DNA of 64,000 nt from NCBI GenBank assembly GCA_965224245.1, contig OZ245046.1:3136001-3200000 (forward strand), in the 5' to 3' direction. The stretch is from Candidatus Eiseniibacteriota bacterium (GTDB taxonomy: Bacteria > Eisenbacteria > RBG-16-71-46 > CAZAMP01). Numbering within the stretch: position 1 is the stretch's first letter; each line of letters begins with the position of its first letter. The translations under genes were made by a program, and so were the position numbers. Shown here piece after piece: positions 8,875 through 19,064 of the stretch. The notes under the pieces were generated by a model. It saw only the letters and a list, made by a program, of their open reading frames with translations. It made no database searches and was not told the DNA's origin.

Positions 8875-11800
8875 TCACGGGTGGAGAAACGACTCCAGTG
8901 AACGACGTCGCCCACTCTCCCACGCCGTCTCGTACGTCGTGTCCCCGAGGGTCCGCCGCACGCGCGCCAGCAACGGGTCGAGCTCGTCGGCGTGGCGCCT
9001 TCGCTGCCGAGGGTGGGGCCATCGTTCGTCGGCGGCGGCGAAGTGCTGAACGGCGCCCGTCAGGTCTCCGCTCGCCTCGGCCACGAATCCGAGCTCCACG
9101 AGCGTGATGGGGCAGGCGCGAGCATCGCCCAGCTCGTACTGCACGCGAAGGGCGCGCATGAGAAGCGCGCGCGCGTCGTCCAGGCGTCCCTGCCGGCGCG
9201 CGAGGCCGCCCAGGTCGGTCGCGCACAGGGCCTGCACGTAGGGGCTCTCGAACTGCTCGTCGTCACCGATGGCCTCCTCGAGCAACCGTCGCGCTTCGTC
9301 GAGTCGTCCCTCGGCCTCCGATGTCGCCGCCAGGTTCCTCAGGCAGTACTTCACCAGCTCCCGGAGATCCGCCTCGCGCGCCAGCGCCAGCCCTTCCTCC
9401 AGGTACCCTGTCGCCTCCGGGTAGCTCTCTCGCCCCACGGCCAGAACCGCCAGATTCACCAGGGTCTGCACGATGCCGTGCGGTGTACCCAGCCGCCGCC
9501 GGACCGCCAGTGCCTCGGTCAGGAGCTCCTGCGCTGTCTTCGTGTCGCCCCGGTCGATGGCCAGAATCGCGACGTTGTTGAGTGTCTGTGCGGTGGCCGA
9601 GTCGTCGCCGAGCTCTCGAAACAGCGTGAGGCTGGCGCCGAGGCGGCGCTGCGCCTCCTCTCGATCCCCCTGAGCCGCCGCGAGGTTTCCCACCGTGCGC
9701 AGAACGGGCGCGTGATGCCTCGGATAGCGCGCGGCGTCGGGATGATCGGCCAGCTCACTCCCGAGCGTACGGGCCTCGTGCCAGTGGCCACGCCGCTCGA
9801 AGTACCCGGCGAGATTCGCGACCATTTCGAGGGCCGTGCCCACGTCCCCGGATGCGCGGCAGCGCCGGAGCGCGGCTCGGATGTTGTCGAGATCGCGATC
9901 CATGCGGTCGAGAAGATCGGGCTCGTAGCCGCCCGGCCCACGGTGCGCCACGTTCCGCGCCCGATCCAGAAAGTGCGTCACGTGCCGACGGTCCACCGCG
10001 GAGCGAGGCTCCTCCTCGGTCAACCGCTCGGCGGCGAAGCTCCGGATCGTGTCGAGCATGTGGTAGCGCGTCCACCGCGAGGTGGTGTCCAGCGTGATCA
10101 GAGAGCGAGCCACGAGCTGATAGTGCAGGCTGGGGACATCCGATGCGTCCAGCGTATCGTCCGAGCACACGTCGGTCGCCGATTCCACCGTCCACCCGCC
10201 CGAGAAGACCGAGAGTCGACGCAACAACGTGCGCTCGGCACGACTCAGGAAGTCGTAGCTCCAGCCGACCAGCGCGCGCAGCGTCCCGTGGTGTGGCAGC
10301 GTCCCCGTGCCGGGATGGCCGAGATCCAGAAGGCACTCGTCGATCAGGCGGGCGATCTCGTCGATCGGCAGCGTCGCCGTGTACACGGCAACCAGCTCGA
10401 TCGCCAGCGGTATCCCATCGACGCGGCGACAGATCTGCGCCGTGCTCGTCGCGTTCGCCTCCGAGAGTGCGAAGCGACCGTCCGCAGCTCGCGCGCGATC
10501 GGTAAAGAGACGGACCGACTCCACCGTTCGCACGTCACCGAGCCGTGGACGCTCGGGATGCGGGAGCTCGAGCGGCGGAACGACGGCGGATACCTCGCCC
10601 GGCACGCGCAGCGCCTCGCGGCTCGTGGCGAGGATGCTGACGTTTTGCGTCGCGTGCACGATCCGTCCGACCGCGTCGGCGCAGGCGGCGGTGACGTGCT
10701 CGCAGCCGTCCAGAACCAGGAGCGCCCGGCGATCGGCGAGGAACGTGATGACGGCATCCAGCAAGGACTCCGTCGCGACCGGCTTCGCTCCGATGGCGCC
10801 CGCGATCACCGATGACACGAGACGCGGATCCGCGACGTGGGTGAGCTCGACGAACCAGACGCCGCCGGGAAACCAGGAGGCGGCGGATCGCGCGATCTCG
10901 ACGGCCGTCCGCGTCTTTCCGCACCCGCCCGTTCCGGTCAAGGTCACGAGTCGACGCTCGCGGATCGTCGCTCCGACGTCCCGGTGCAGCCGCTCACGTC
11001 CGACGTAGCGGGTCAGAAACCGCGGAAGAAACGGCTCGACCCTCGTGTCCGAGCCCGCGATCTCACGCGCCTTCTCGAGCGCCGCCGCCATCTCCCCCGC
11101 GCTCTCCCAGCGAGCCGTCGGATCGTGGGCGAGTGCGCGATCGATGGTGTGCGCGAACGCTTCCGAGAGCTCGGGCCGGCGCTCCCGGACGCTCGTCGTG
11201 GTGCGGGTCGCCAGCGCCGAGCGCAGCTCCTCCATGCTCGACGCTCGCACCGGGTACTCGCCGGTCACGAGCAGGTGAAGAAGGACGCCCAGGCTGTAGA
11301 GGTCGGAGCCCGGAGTCGCCACGCCACGTTCGAGAACCTCCGGCGCGACGTAGAGCGGGGTACCGACGACCCCCTGCGGACCGGATCCGCCGTCGCTCGC
11401 GTGATCGATGCCGGCCCCGAGGTCCATGAGCACGATCCGTCCGTCGGCGTCGCGCATGACGTTCGTCGCCTTCACGTCGCGGTGCAGGAGTCCGGCCTCG
11501 TGCGTGGCCGTCAGCGCGTGGCAGATCGCCAGCCCGACCTCGACGGCGACGCTCTCCGAGAACGTCCCGTCCGTCTCGAGAAGCTCGGCCAGGGTCCGTC
11601 CCCGGATGAGCTCCATGCGCAGTCCGATGAGGTCCTCGTGCTCGTCGATGCAGATGACGCGCACGATGTTGGGGTGTCGCAGGCGTGCGAGCCGGCGTCC
11701 CTCCTCGACGAGACGACCGACGACGCCGCCGCTCCCGGGCCGAAGGACCTTGACCGCGACGTGCTCGTCGAGGAGCAGGTCCCTGGCACGATAGACCGTG

Positions 11801-12075
11801 CCGAACGTCCCGCGACCGATCGTCGACTCCAGTCGAAGCGAGCCCCAGGCCGCCGGTACGGGTGTGCCGTCCGCGAGCACGTCGAGGGACGCATCCGGTG
11901 ATGCCTCGGCGAGCCTCGAGACGCGGGCGATGAGCTCCAATGCGTCGACGACCCCCGCGTCCTCCGACCTCGACGATCGTTCGCGCGGCCAGTCGACGTT
12001 CACCCCGTCCGCAACGGACTCCGCGAGTGGATCGACCGGTTCGTCGCGACGCGACGCCTCGCTACGCGCGGTCAT
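8875..12075 (-). CDS. Ser/Thr protein kinase fused to STAND/NB-ARC-like ATPase and TPR repeats
   Basis: IGRGTFGTVY, VAVK, HRDVKATN, DLG, GTPLYVAPE; Walker A GTGGCGKT, LLVLDGCEH, GIPLAIEL; C-terminal TPR-like repeats. Confidence 0.9.
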   Translation of the reverse strand: MTARSEASRRDEPVDPLAESVADGVNVDWPRERSSRSEDAGVVDALELIARVSRLAEASPDASLDVLADGTPVPAAWGSLRLESTIGRGTFGTVYRARDLLLDEHVAVKVLRPGSGGVVGRLVEEGRRLARLRHPNIVRVICIDEHEDLIGLRMELIRGRTLAELLETDGTFSESVAVEVGLAICHALTATHEAGLLHRDVKATNVMRDADGRIVLMDLGAGIDHASDGGSGPQGVVGTPLYVAPEVLERGVATPGSDLYSLGVLLHLLVTGEYPVRASSMEELRSALATRTTTSVRERRPELSEAFAHTIDRALAHDPTARWESAGEMAAALEKAREIAGSDTRVEPFLPRFLTRYVGRERLHRDVGATIRERRLVTLTGTGGCGKTRTAVEIARSAASWFPGGVWFVELTHVADPRLVSSVIAGAIGAKPVATESLLDAVITFLADRRALLVLDGCEHVTAACADAVGRIVHATQNVSILATSREALRVPGEVSAVVPPLELPHPERPRLGDVRTVESVRLFTDRARAADGRFALSEANATSTAQICRRVDGIPLAIELVAVYTATLPIDEIARLIDECLLDLGHPGTGTLPHHGTLRALVGWSYDFLSRAERTLLRRLSVFSGGWTVESATDVCSDDTLDASDVPSLHYQLVARSLITLDTTSRWTRYHMLDTIRSFAAERLTEEEPRSAVDRRHVTHFLDRARNVAHRGPGGYEPDLLDRMDRDLDNIRAALRRCRASGDVGTALEMVANLAGYFERRGHWHEARTLGSELADHPDAARYPRHHAPVLRTVGNLAAAQGDREEAQRRLGASLTLFRELGDDSATAQTLNNVAILAIDRGDTKTAQELLTEALAVRRRLGTPHGIVQTLVNLAVLAVGRESYPEATGYLEEGLALAREADLRELVKYCLRNLAATSEAEGRLDEARRLLEEAIGDDEQFESPYVQALCATDLGGLARRQGRLDDARALLMRALRVQYELGDARACPITLVELGFVAEASGDLTGAVQHFAAADERWPHPRQRRRHADELDPLLARVRRTLGDTTYETAWESGRRRSLESFLHP

Positions 12076-12679
12076 GGAGCGCCCTGGCGAGCCGGGACAC
12101 CGCGCGACTCACGGCCTTGCGTGCCGCGATGGTGGACGGCTTTCCCAGTATGTCGGCCACGTGCTCGTAGGGAAGACCCATCTCGAGGCGGGCGATGATC
12201 GCCTCGCGATCGACGTCGCGGAGCGCGCGGAGCGCCTTCTCGTACCGGGCCATCTCGTCCTGCGTGACGACGTGGTCGAGCGCGTTCGGCACGGACGGAC
12301 CCGCTGCGTCGTCCGCGAGCGGCAAAGAGGTCGGGCGGCGTCCGAGTCGACGGGCCTCCTCCCTCACCCGGTTGTGGAGTGTCGTGCGGAGGTAGGCGAG
12401 GAGCGCGCCGTCGCGCCGGTGCTCGAATCCGGAGAGGTTCTTCAGCGTCCGGACGATCGTCTCCTGGACGAGATCGTCGGTCTCCAGCATGCCCCGCGCG
12501 CCCGCCGGCACCCGACCCCGCGCCCAGCGCTGGAGCATGGGCAGATATCGGTTGCAGAGCCGGTCGAGGGCCGCGGCGTCGCCGAGCTGGGCCTTGTGCA
12601 GGAGCTCGACCGACGACTCGGTGCGAGTCCTGGTGCGTCGTGAGGCATGCTCTCGCGGGTTGCCGCTCTCGACCTGCAT
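12062..12679 (-). CDS. ECF sigma factor
   Basis: DDLVQET region 2 and region-4 HTH (YEHVADILG...AVSRAV); GGGAG RBS before ATG 12679; overlaps the kinase start. Confidence 0.88.
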   Translation of the reverse strand: MQVESGNPREHASRRTRTRTESSVELLHKAQLGDAAALDRLCNRYLPMLQRWARGRVPAGARGMLETDDLVQETIVRTLKNLSGFEHRRDGALLAYLRTTLHNRVREEARRLGRRPTSLPLADDAAGPSVPNALDHVVTQDEMARYEKALRALRDVDREAIIARLEMGLPYEHVADILGKPSTIAARKAVSRAVSRLARALHDRA

Positions 12680-12943
12680 GGCTGCTCCCGTGTCGCGCAC
12701 GCCGTTCGCGCACGTCGCCGTGGTGGGCGCCTCCTCGGCCGCTGCATGACGACATGACTATATCAAAGAACGGTGCCGGCACCGCCGTTTGCCGCGATCA
12801 CGGCGCGGGACGCTCTTTTGGGGGGCGGCAGGGGGCTGTCGGGTCGGCACATGTGACCGGTCGAGCCCGCCGCGCGCCGGAAGGCGCGGGCGAGCTTGGG
12901 GTGGACCCCCGGCTCGCGGATCAGCCGCGGAGACGCTCGGCCG

Positions 12944-15900
12944 TCAACGGAGCACGGTGAGCTTGTGGGTCGATCGGAGCCCGGGCACCGTGACCTGGTA
13001 GAAGTACAGGCCGCTCGAGAGTCCGTGGCCGTCCACCCGGATCCGGTGCGTGCCCGCCGCGTGGTGTGCGCGGCTCAGCGTGCGGACGAACCGTCCCCCC
13101 GCGTCGTAGAGATCGACGGTCACCCGGCCCGCCACGGGAAGCTCCAGCCCGATCCACGTTGTGCCGCGAAGCGGGTTCGGCGCGGCCGGACGTACGGCAG
13201 CCACGACCGGCGCCAAGGTGGGCGGGTCGGACGACGCGAGGACCACGGGCCACGACGCCAGGCCGACTCCGCCATGAAGGTAACCGAGGAACGTGGTGTA
13301 CTCGCCCACGACGTTCACTTCGTAGAACCCGACGCCGTCCACACCGTAGATCGTTCCATCCGACGCCGCCGCGAGATCCACGATCTCGGTGGAGAACTGC
13401 GCGATCAGCGTGAAGGCTCCCGTCTCTCGATCGATCTCGAACACGTACGTACTGGTGAGGGCGGCCACGCTCAGCAGACGATCGAGCGCCGGGTCGTAGA
13501 CGAGCCCCGTGGCGAGGTACATGAGCCCTTCGAAGGGGACCGTAACCACGAGCGTGACCGGATCCACCTGGTAGAGCGTGCCGCCGGTAATGCCCACGCC
13601 CCAGAGCGTCCCCGTGTCATCGAACGCCAGCGACCCCAGGGGACTGCCGGTGCCGAGGGAGCCCAGGTCCATCGAGGCACCCGATTCGCCATCGAGCCGG
13701 TAGAGGTGATCGTTCGCGTTGCTCGACGCGAAGATGGCGCCGGTGGGGTCGATCGCCAGCCCCGGGAGATACCCCGGGACCCCCGTGTGGCCGATCGGGT
13801 CGGCGATCTCGCCCCCGAGCCGCGGAATGCTCGCGAAGTCCACCACCACGAGCTCGACGCCGATCGCGGTGGATCGAGTGGCGATCGCGCCGTCGATCGG
13901 CGCGGGGCCCACGACGTCGCCGACCGTGACGGTGAGTGGCACCGCGACCTCGGGCTGCATCGGGTCGCTGCTGGTGATGGTGAGCGGGCACTCGTACACG
14001 CCCGTCGTCACTCCGGCCGCGTCGAGGGTCACGGTGAGGGTCTCGGAGTCGCCCCCGACGATGGTGCCGGCGGGCGGGGAGACCGAGATCCACGGGCAGG
14101 CCGCGTCCACCGCCACCGCCCAGCCGAGAGGCGGCGAGTCGGGCGCGTTTTCGAGCTCGAGCGCCAGCGCCGAGACGAAGCCCTCGGGCAGCTCCGCCTC
14201 CAGCGAGTCGGGACCGAACGTCATGACCGCGGGCGGCTCGACGAGCGCGATGCGCTGATCCACGGTCGGGGTCTCCACGCTGATCGCCCCCGACGGCCAC
14301 CGCACGCGCACCTCGTCGATCGTCGTGTTCGCTCCCAGTCCGAAATGCGCCACGAGGTCGTTCTGGGCGAGATACCCCTCTCCCGCGGACACCATTCGCG
14401 TCTGGGTCACGCCCCCCGCGGTGAGCTCGACGCGCGCCCCGATGGCGGCCCTGTTCGAGGTGACACCCTCCAGTGAGACCTGCAGCCAGTGCGCACCGGT
14501 GTCGGTGTCGTTCCGGAGAAGCTGGTTGGCCCCGATCGACCCCACGTAGACGTCGACGTCCCCGTCCAGGTCGTAGTCGCTCACCGCAGCGGCAACCGGA
14601 ACGCCGCTGAACGCGATGCTCCCCATCTGAACGGGAACGAACACGCCTCCACCCTCGTTCTCGAAGAGCTGGCTGTCGGACGCGTCGAGCAGAAGGACGT
14701 CGAGGTCGCCGTCGTTGTCGAAGTCCAGCCAGACCCCGCCGCGGTTTCCGTTTCCCATCGTTCCCTGCAGCAACCCCGCCGTGACGTCCCTGAAGATGCC
14801 GTACCCGTCGTTTCGGAACAGCCGATCGGCTGCGAGGCTGTTCACGACGTGCAGGTCGAGATCGCCGTCGTTGTCGTAGTCGATCCAGCTGACGCCGCGC
14901 GTGCCGTCGGTGTCGTCGAGCGGGCCCCCGGTCGCGTCGGCGAAGCTGCCGCCTCCGTCGTTTCGCAGGAGCACGTTCGTCGAGGTGCTGTTGTTTCCGA
15001 CGTAGAAGTCGAGGTCACCGTCGTCGTCGTAGTCGCCCCACGCCCCGCCGCGGGCCGATCGCGTGTCACCGATCGGTCCGGCGGTGACGTCGCTGAACGT
15101 CCCCGCGTCGTTCCGGAGGAGCAGGTTGGCACCGGTCCGGAGTACGTAGAGATCGACGTACCCGTCGTCGTCGTAATCCCCCCACGGCGCGAAGCGGGAG
15201 GGACCGGAGTCGTCGAGCGGGGCCACCGTCACGTCGGCGAAGACGTGACTTCCGTCGTTACGAAGAAGCTTGCTGGGCTCATTGAAGTTCACGAGGTAGA
15301 GATCGAGATCGCCGTCGTTGTCGTAGTCGGCCAGGGTGGTGCCGCTTCCCTCGCCGGCATCTCCTGCGGGGCCGCTGGTGACGTCGACGAACGAGCCGCC
15401 ATCGTTGCGGAAGAGCAGGTTGGAGCTCGACAGGTTCGTCACGTAGAGATCGGCGTCACCGTCACCGTCGGTGTCTCCCCACGCGACGCCGCGCGCCGAG
15501 GACGCGTCGTCGATCGGTGCCGCGGTGGCGTCCGTCCAGTCGGTGACCTCCATCGCCTCGGTGACGACGATCCGCTGATCCACCGAGGGGGTCAGGTCCT
15601 GCACGAGCCCCGAGGGCCACCTGACGCGCAGGAGGTCGACCGTCGTGGCGCTCCCCAGCCCGAAGCTGACGGTGTAGGGAGATTGACCGTGGGCGCCGGT
15701 GTCGGCGCGCACCTCGCCGACCTGCATCACCCCACCGGCGGTCAGCTCCAGTCGCGCCCCCACACCGAAGTGATTCGAGAGCACACCCACCAGATCGACC
15801 TGAAGCCAGTGATTCCCCGGGCTCTCGTCGTTCCGGAAGAGACGGTTGACGTCCCCGTACGAGGCCTGGAAGAGATCGAGGTCACCGTCCCCGTCGTAGT

Positions 15901-17923
15901 CGATCGGGACGATGGACTCGGACTGGTCGGGGTCGTCGAGCGGGAAGCGGGAGAGATCGACGAACGTGCCACCGTCGTTGCGGTAGATGGCGTTCCGCTC
16001 GTCGTATCCGCTGATCGCCAGGTCGGCGTCCCCGTCGAGATCGAAGTCGGCCCAGGCGGGGCTCACCGCGGAGAGCGTCGTCCCGAAGCCCGGGTACGCC
16101 GCGAACGCCCCACCGCCGTCGTTCCGCAGGACGGTGGTGCTCGCGAGGACGACGTTGGCCAGCGCGAGATCGAGATCCCCGTCACCATCCGGGTCGCCCC
16201 ACGCGATCCCGTCGCCCGAGCCCACGTCGTCGAGTGGCGGAGTGGTCACGTCCACGAACGTTCCGCCGTCGTTTCGAAAGAGCTGGTTCGGTGACAGCTC
16301 GTTCGTGAGGTAGAGGTCGGGGTCGCCGTCGAGGTCGACGTCCGTCCAGGCGGCCCGGTATCCCTCGACGATCGTGTTCATGATCGCGGGGGTCGCGTCG
16401 ACGAACGTACCGCCGTCGTTGCGGAGCAGGCGATTGTCGGCGTCGTGATTGGCGAGGAACAGATCGACGTCACCGTCCCCGTCGTAGTCCGCCGCGGCGG
16501 TGCCCACGGTCTCGCTCGGATCGTCGAGAGGGGCGACCGTGGCATCGACGAACGTGGCGCCGTCGTTGCGGAAGTAGTGGTTCGTTCCTGCGTTCGAGAC
16601 GTAGAGATCCAGGTCGCCGTCGTCGTCGAGGTCCACCCAGAGCGAGCCCCAGCTGAACAGACCGTCGTCGAGCGGGGCCACGGTCGCGTCCACGAAGGTG
16701 CCGGCGTCGTTGCGCAGAAGCTGGTTCGGCGTCGCGCCGCCCCCCGAGAGGTACACGTCGGCGTCGCCGTCTCCGTCGTAGTCGCCGGCGGACACCGCCA
16801 CGCTTCGATCCTGACTGGCCACCGCGGCATTGGTGACGTCGGTCCAGAAGGGAAGCGGGCTCCGCCAGGCGAGTCCCTGCGACGCCACGCCGTCGACCGA
16901 GGAGAACTGGCCGCCCACGAAGAGATCCCCTCCGCGCACGACCACGTGCCATGGCAGACCGGACACCGACGCCTCTTCGGCCCAGGCCACGCCGTCCCAT
17001 CGCGCGAGACCGTCGAGCGAGGTGCCTCCAGAGCCGGTGAAGGTCCCGGCGGCGAGAAGCTCGGTGCCGTCGCTGGTGAGGCCGACCGGACCGAACCCAC
17101 CCTCGAGACCGTCCCCCATCGCGTGCCAGTCGATCCCGTCGAAGCGCACGATACCCTCGATGGGCTGCCCGTTTACCTCGTCGAAGGTTCCACCCACGAC
17201 GAGATCTCCGGCGAGCTCGGCCAGCGACCAGATGGTCGGCTCGAAGCCGTTGTCGAGAAGGGTTCCGAGGAAGCTCCAGCTGGTCCCGTCCCAGCGCCGC
17301 AGGTCGGTCCCGAACCCGCCGCCCACGATCAGGTCGCCGTCCCAGGGGAGGAGCGCGAGCACGTCGCCGGTCACGCTGCCGATCGACGACCAGACGGCGC
17401 CGTCCCACCGGGCGATGTTGCCCACCGCGACACCACCCGCCGAGGAGAAGAACCCGCCCACGATCAGATCACCACCGTAGGTGGCGAGGGCCAGCCCCTG
17501 CGTGGGAGAGCCTCCGGTGAGGCCGGATCCGAACGCACTCCACGTCGTTCCGTCCCAGGCTGCGATGCCGTTCGCGGACACGCCTCCAATGCTCGTGAAC
17601 TCGCCCGCGGCGACGAGGAGATCGCCGTACATCATCAGGTCGAAGACCGCGGGGCTGGACCCTCCACCGGCATCGCCGAGGTCGCGCCAGCTTCCACCCG
17701 CCCACACCGCGATGCTGCGGATCGACTCGGATCCCGCCATCGTGAAGTCCCCGCCCACGGCGAAGCCGTCGCCGTACTCGATCATGGCGTAGACCGAGCC
17801 GTCGATCCCGAGCCCCGAGGGCGGGGCATCCAGCAGCGTGTTCCAGGAGTCGGCACTGGAAGAGAGCGGCACCGCGACGAGGGCCGCGACGATCGGTTGG
17901 GAGACGGAGCGAGCTCGAAGCAT
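12944..17923 (-). CDS. Large secreted modular protein: beta-propeller, two FG-GAP/ASPIC-UnbV modules, Ig-like domain, propeller, FlgD-Ig
   Basis: Many DYDxDGDxDL repeats; two NHWLQV..G..SN..GARxEL...FGLG (UnbV-like) blocks; PNP...GLYFY tail. Confidence 0.85.
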   Translation of the reverse strand: MLRARSVSQPIVAALVAVPLSSSADSWNTLLDAPPSGLGIDGSVYAMIEYGDGFAVGGDFTMAGSESIRSIAVWAGGSWRDLGDAGGGSSPAVFDLMMYGDLLVAAGEFTSIGGVSANGIAAWDGTTWSAFGSGLTGGSPTQGLALATYGGDLIVGGFFSSAGGVAVGNIARWDGAVWSSIGSVTGDVLALLPWDGDLIVGGGFGTDLRRWDGTSWSFLGTLLDNGFEPTIWSLAELAGDLVVGGTFDEVNGQPIEGIVRFDGIDWHAMGDGLEGGFGPVGLTSDGTELLAAGTFTGSGGTSLDGLARWDGVAWAEEASVSGLPWHVVVRGGDLFVGGQFSSVDGVASQGLAWRSPLPFWTDVTNAAVASQDRSVAVSAGDYDGDGDADVYLSGGGATPNQLLRNDAGTFVDATVAPLDDGLFSWGSLWVDLDDDGDLDLYVSNAGTNHYFRNDGATFVDATVAPLDDPSETVGTAAADYDGDGDVDLFLANHDADNRLLRNDGGTFVDATPAIMNTIVEGYRAAWTDVDLDGDPDLYLTNELSPNQLFRNDGGTFVDVTTPPLDDVGSGDGIAWGDPDGDGDLDLALANVVLASTTVLRNDGGGAFAAYPGFGTTLSAVSPAWADFDLDGDADLAISGYDERNAIYRNDGGTFVDLSRFPLDDPDQSESIVPIDYDGDGDLDLFQASYGDVNRLFRNDESPGNHWLQVDLVGVLSNHFGVGARLELTAGGVMQVGEVRADTGAHGQSPYTVSFGLGSATTVDLLRVRWPSGLVQDLTPSVDQRIVVTEAMEVTDWTDATAAPIDDASSARGVAWGDTDGDGDADLYVTNLSSSNLLFRNDGGSFVDVTSGPAGDAGEGSGTTLADYDNDGDLDLYLVNFNEPSKLLRNDGSHVFADVTVAPLDDSGPSRFAPWGDYDDDGYVDLYVLRTGANLLLRNDAGTFSDVTAGPIGDTRSARGGAWGDYDDDGDLDFYVGNNSTSTNVLLRNDGGGSFADATGGPLDDTDGTRGVSWIDYDNDGDLDLHVVNSLAADRLFRNDGYGIFRDVTAGLLQGTMGNGNRGGVWLDFDNDGDLDVLLLDASDSQLFENEGGGVFVPVQMGSIAFSGVPVAAAVSDYDLDGDVDVYVGSIGANQLLRNDTDTGAHWLQVSLEGVTSNRAAIGARVELTAGGVTQTRMVSAGEGYLAQNDLVAHFGLGANTTIDEVRVRWPSGAISVETPTVDQRIALVEPPAVMTFGPDSLEAELPEGFVSALALELENAPDSPPLGWAVAVDAACPWISVSPPAGTIVGGDSETLTVTLDAAGVTTGVYECPLTITSSDPMQPEVAVPLTVTVGDVVGPAPIDGAIATRSTAIGVELVVVDFASIPRLGGEIADPIGHTGVPGYLPGLAIDPTGAIFASSNANDHLYRLDGESGASMDLGSLGTGSPLGSLAFDDTGTLWGVGITGGTLYQVDPVTLVVTVPFEGLMYLATGLVYDPALDRLLSVAALTSTYVFEIDRETGAFTLIAQFSTEIVDLAAASDGTIYGVDGVGFYEVNVVGEYTTFLGYLHGGVGLASWPVVLASSDPPTLAPVVAAVRPAAPNPLRGTTWIGLELPVAGRVTVDLYDAGGRFVRTLSRAHHAAGTHRIRVDGHGLSSGLYFYQVTVPGLRSTHKLTVLR

Positions 17924-18126
17924 GGGGATCCTCCTGAGATCTGGCGTCACCCTCCCCAATGCCGGCGGGACCGAGGTGTGACACCCTCCCGGCCGTGCCG
18001 CGCCGGCTCATCGGCCCCGGCGGCTGGTGCCGTTGCTCGTCACCCCCCGGCCCATCGGCGCTCTCGTCTCGAGTGTCCATGCCGGCTACACTCTCCAGCC
18101 GTCGACGAGCCGGAGAGAGGAGACCC

Positions 18127-19008
18127 ATGCGACCGACCACGTCCCTCGGGTGGATTCCGCTGGCGGCAGTGCTCGCCGCGGCGGCCGACCCCCACGAGAC
18201 CCCTCTCGCGGTCCGCGAGGCGACCGATCGAGCCGGAACGAACGCCGCGGCCATCGAACGGGTGTGGCGCGAGACCTCCCCGGCCCATCGCCCTGGAGTG
18301 GAGTTCCTCCTCCGGCACATGCCGCGCCGGGACATCACGTCACTCCCGGCGGCCTTTCTGGAGGAGAACGTCCGCCTCGCCTATGCGGCGTACGACAGCG
18401 CACCGTGGCGGAACGAGATCCCTCAGGAGATCTTCCTGAACGAGATCCTGCCCTACTGCTTCGTGACCGAGGAACGGGCCCCCTGGCGAGCCGAGCTGGC
18501 CGAGCGTTGCCGCCCGCTGGTGGCCGGCGCCACCTCACCCTCGGAGGCCGCCGCCCGGCTCAACCGGGAGATGTTCCCGGCGTTCGGCGTGACGTACTCC
18601 CAGGAGCGGTCCCGGACCGACCAGAACGTGCGCCAGGTGCTGGACGAGGGCTTGGCCACCTGCACCGGGCTCTCGGTGCTGCTCGCGAGCGCCTGTCGCT
18701 CGGTCGGGGTGCCGGCTCGGCTGGCCGGGACACCGATGTGGCCCGACAGCAGCGGCAACCACACCTGGGTCGAGATCTGGGACGGAGAGTGGCACTTCAC
18801 CGGCGCCGCCGAGCCGACGGGCGCGGTGCTCGACAGCGCCTGGTTCGTGGAGCGAGCCCGGACGTGTCCGGAGGACGTGCCCGGGCACGCCATCTACGCG
18901 ACGAGCTACGCTCGCACCGACACGCCCTTCCCCATCGCCTGGGCCGACTCCGTGAAGGACGTCTGGGGCGTGAACGTCACGCAGCGCTACGCGCAGGATC
19001 GGCCGTGA
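18127..19008 (+). CDS. Secreted transglutaminase-like domain protein
   Basis: GAGGAG RBS; ATCTGLS, CRSVGVPAR, NHTWVEIWDGEWHF. Confidence 0.8.
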   Translation: MRPTTSLGWIPLAAVLAAAADPHETPLAVREATDRAGTNAAAIERVWRETSPAHRPGVEFLLRHMPRRDITSLPAAFLEENVRLAYAAYDSAPWRNEIPQEIFLNEILPYCFVTEERAPWRAELAERCRPLVAGATSPSEAAARLNREMFPAFGVTYSQERSRTDQNVRQVLDEGLATCTGLSVLLASACRSVGVPARLAGTPMWPDSSGNHTWVEIWDGEWHFTGAAEPTGAVLDSAWFVERARTCPEDVPGHAIYATSYARTDTPFPIAWADSVKDVWGVNVTQRYAQDRP

Positions 19009-19064
19009 CCATCACCGGCTGATCCCGTCCGCTCCGCCCGCCGTGCGCCGGAGCTTGGTGGCGG

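Noticed and set aside
14300-16800. Recurrent GTCGCCGTCGTTGTCGTAGTC-like repeats
   Set aside because: They encode FG-GAP DYDxDGD motifs; degenerate and in frame, not a CRISPR array
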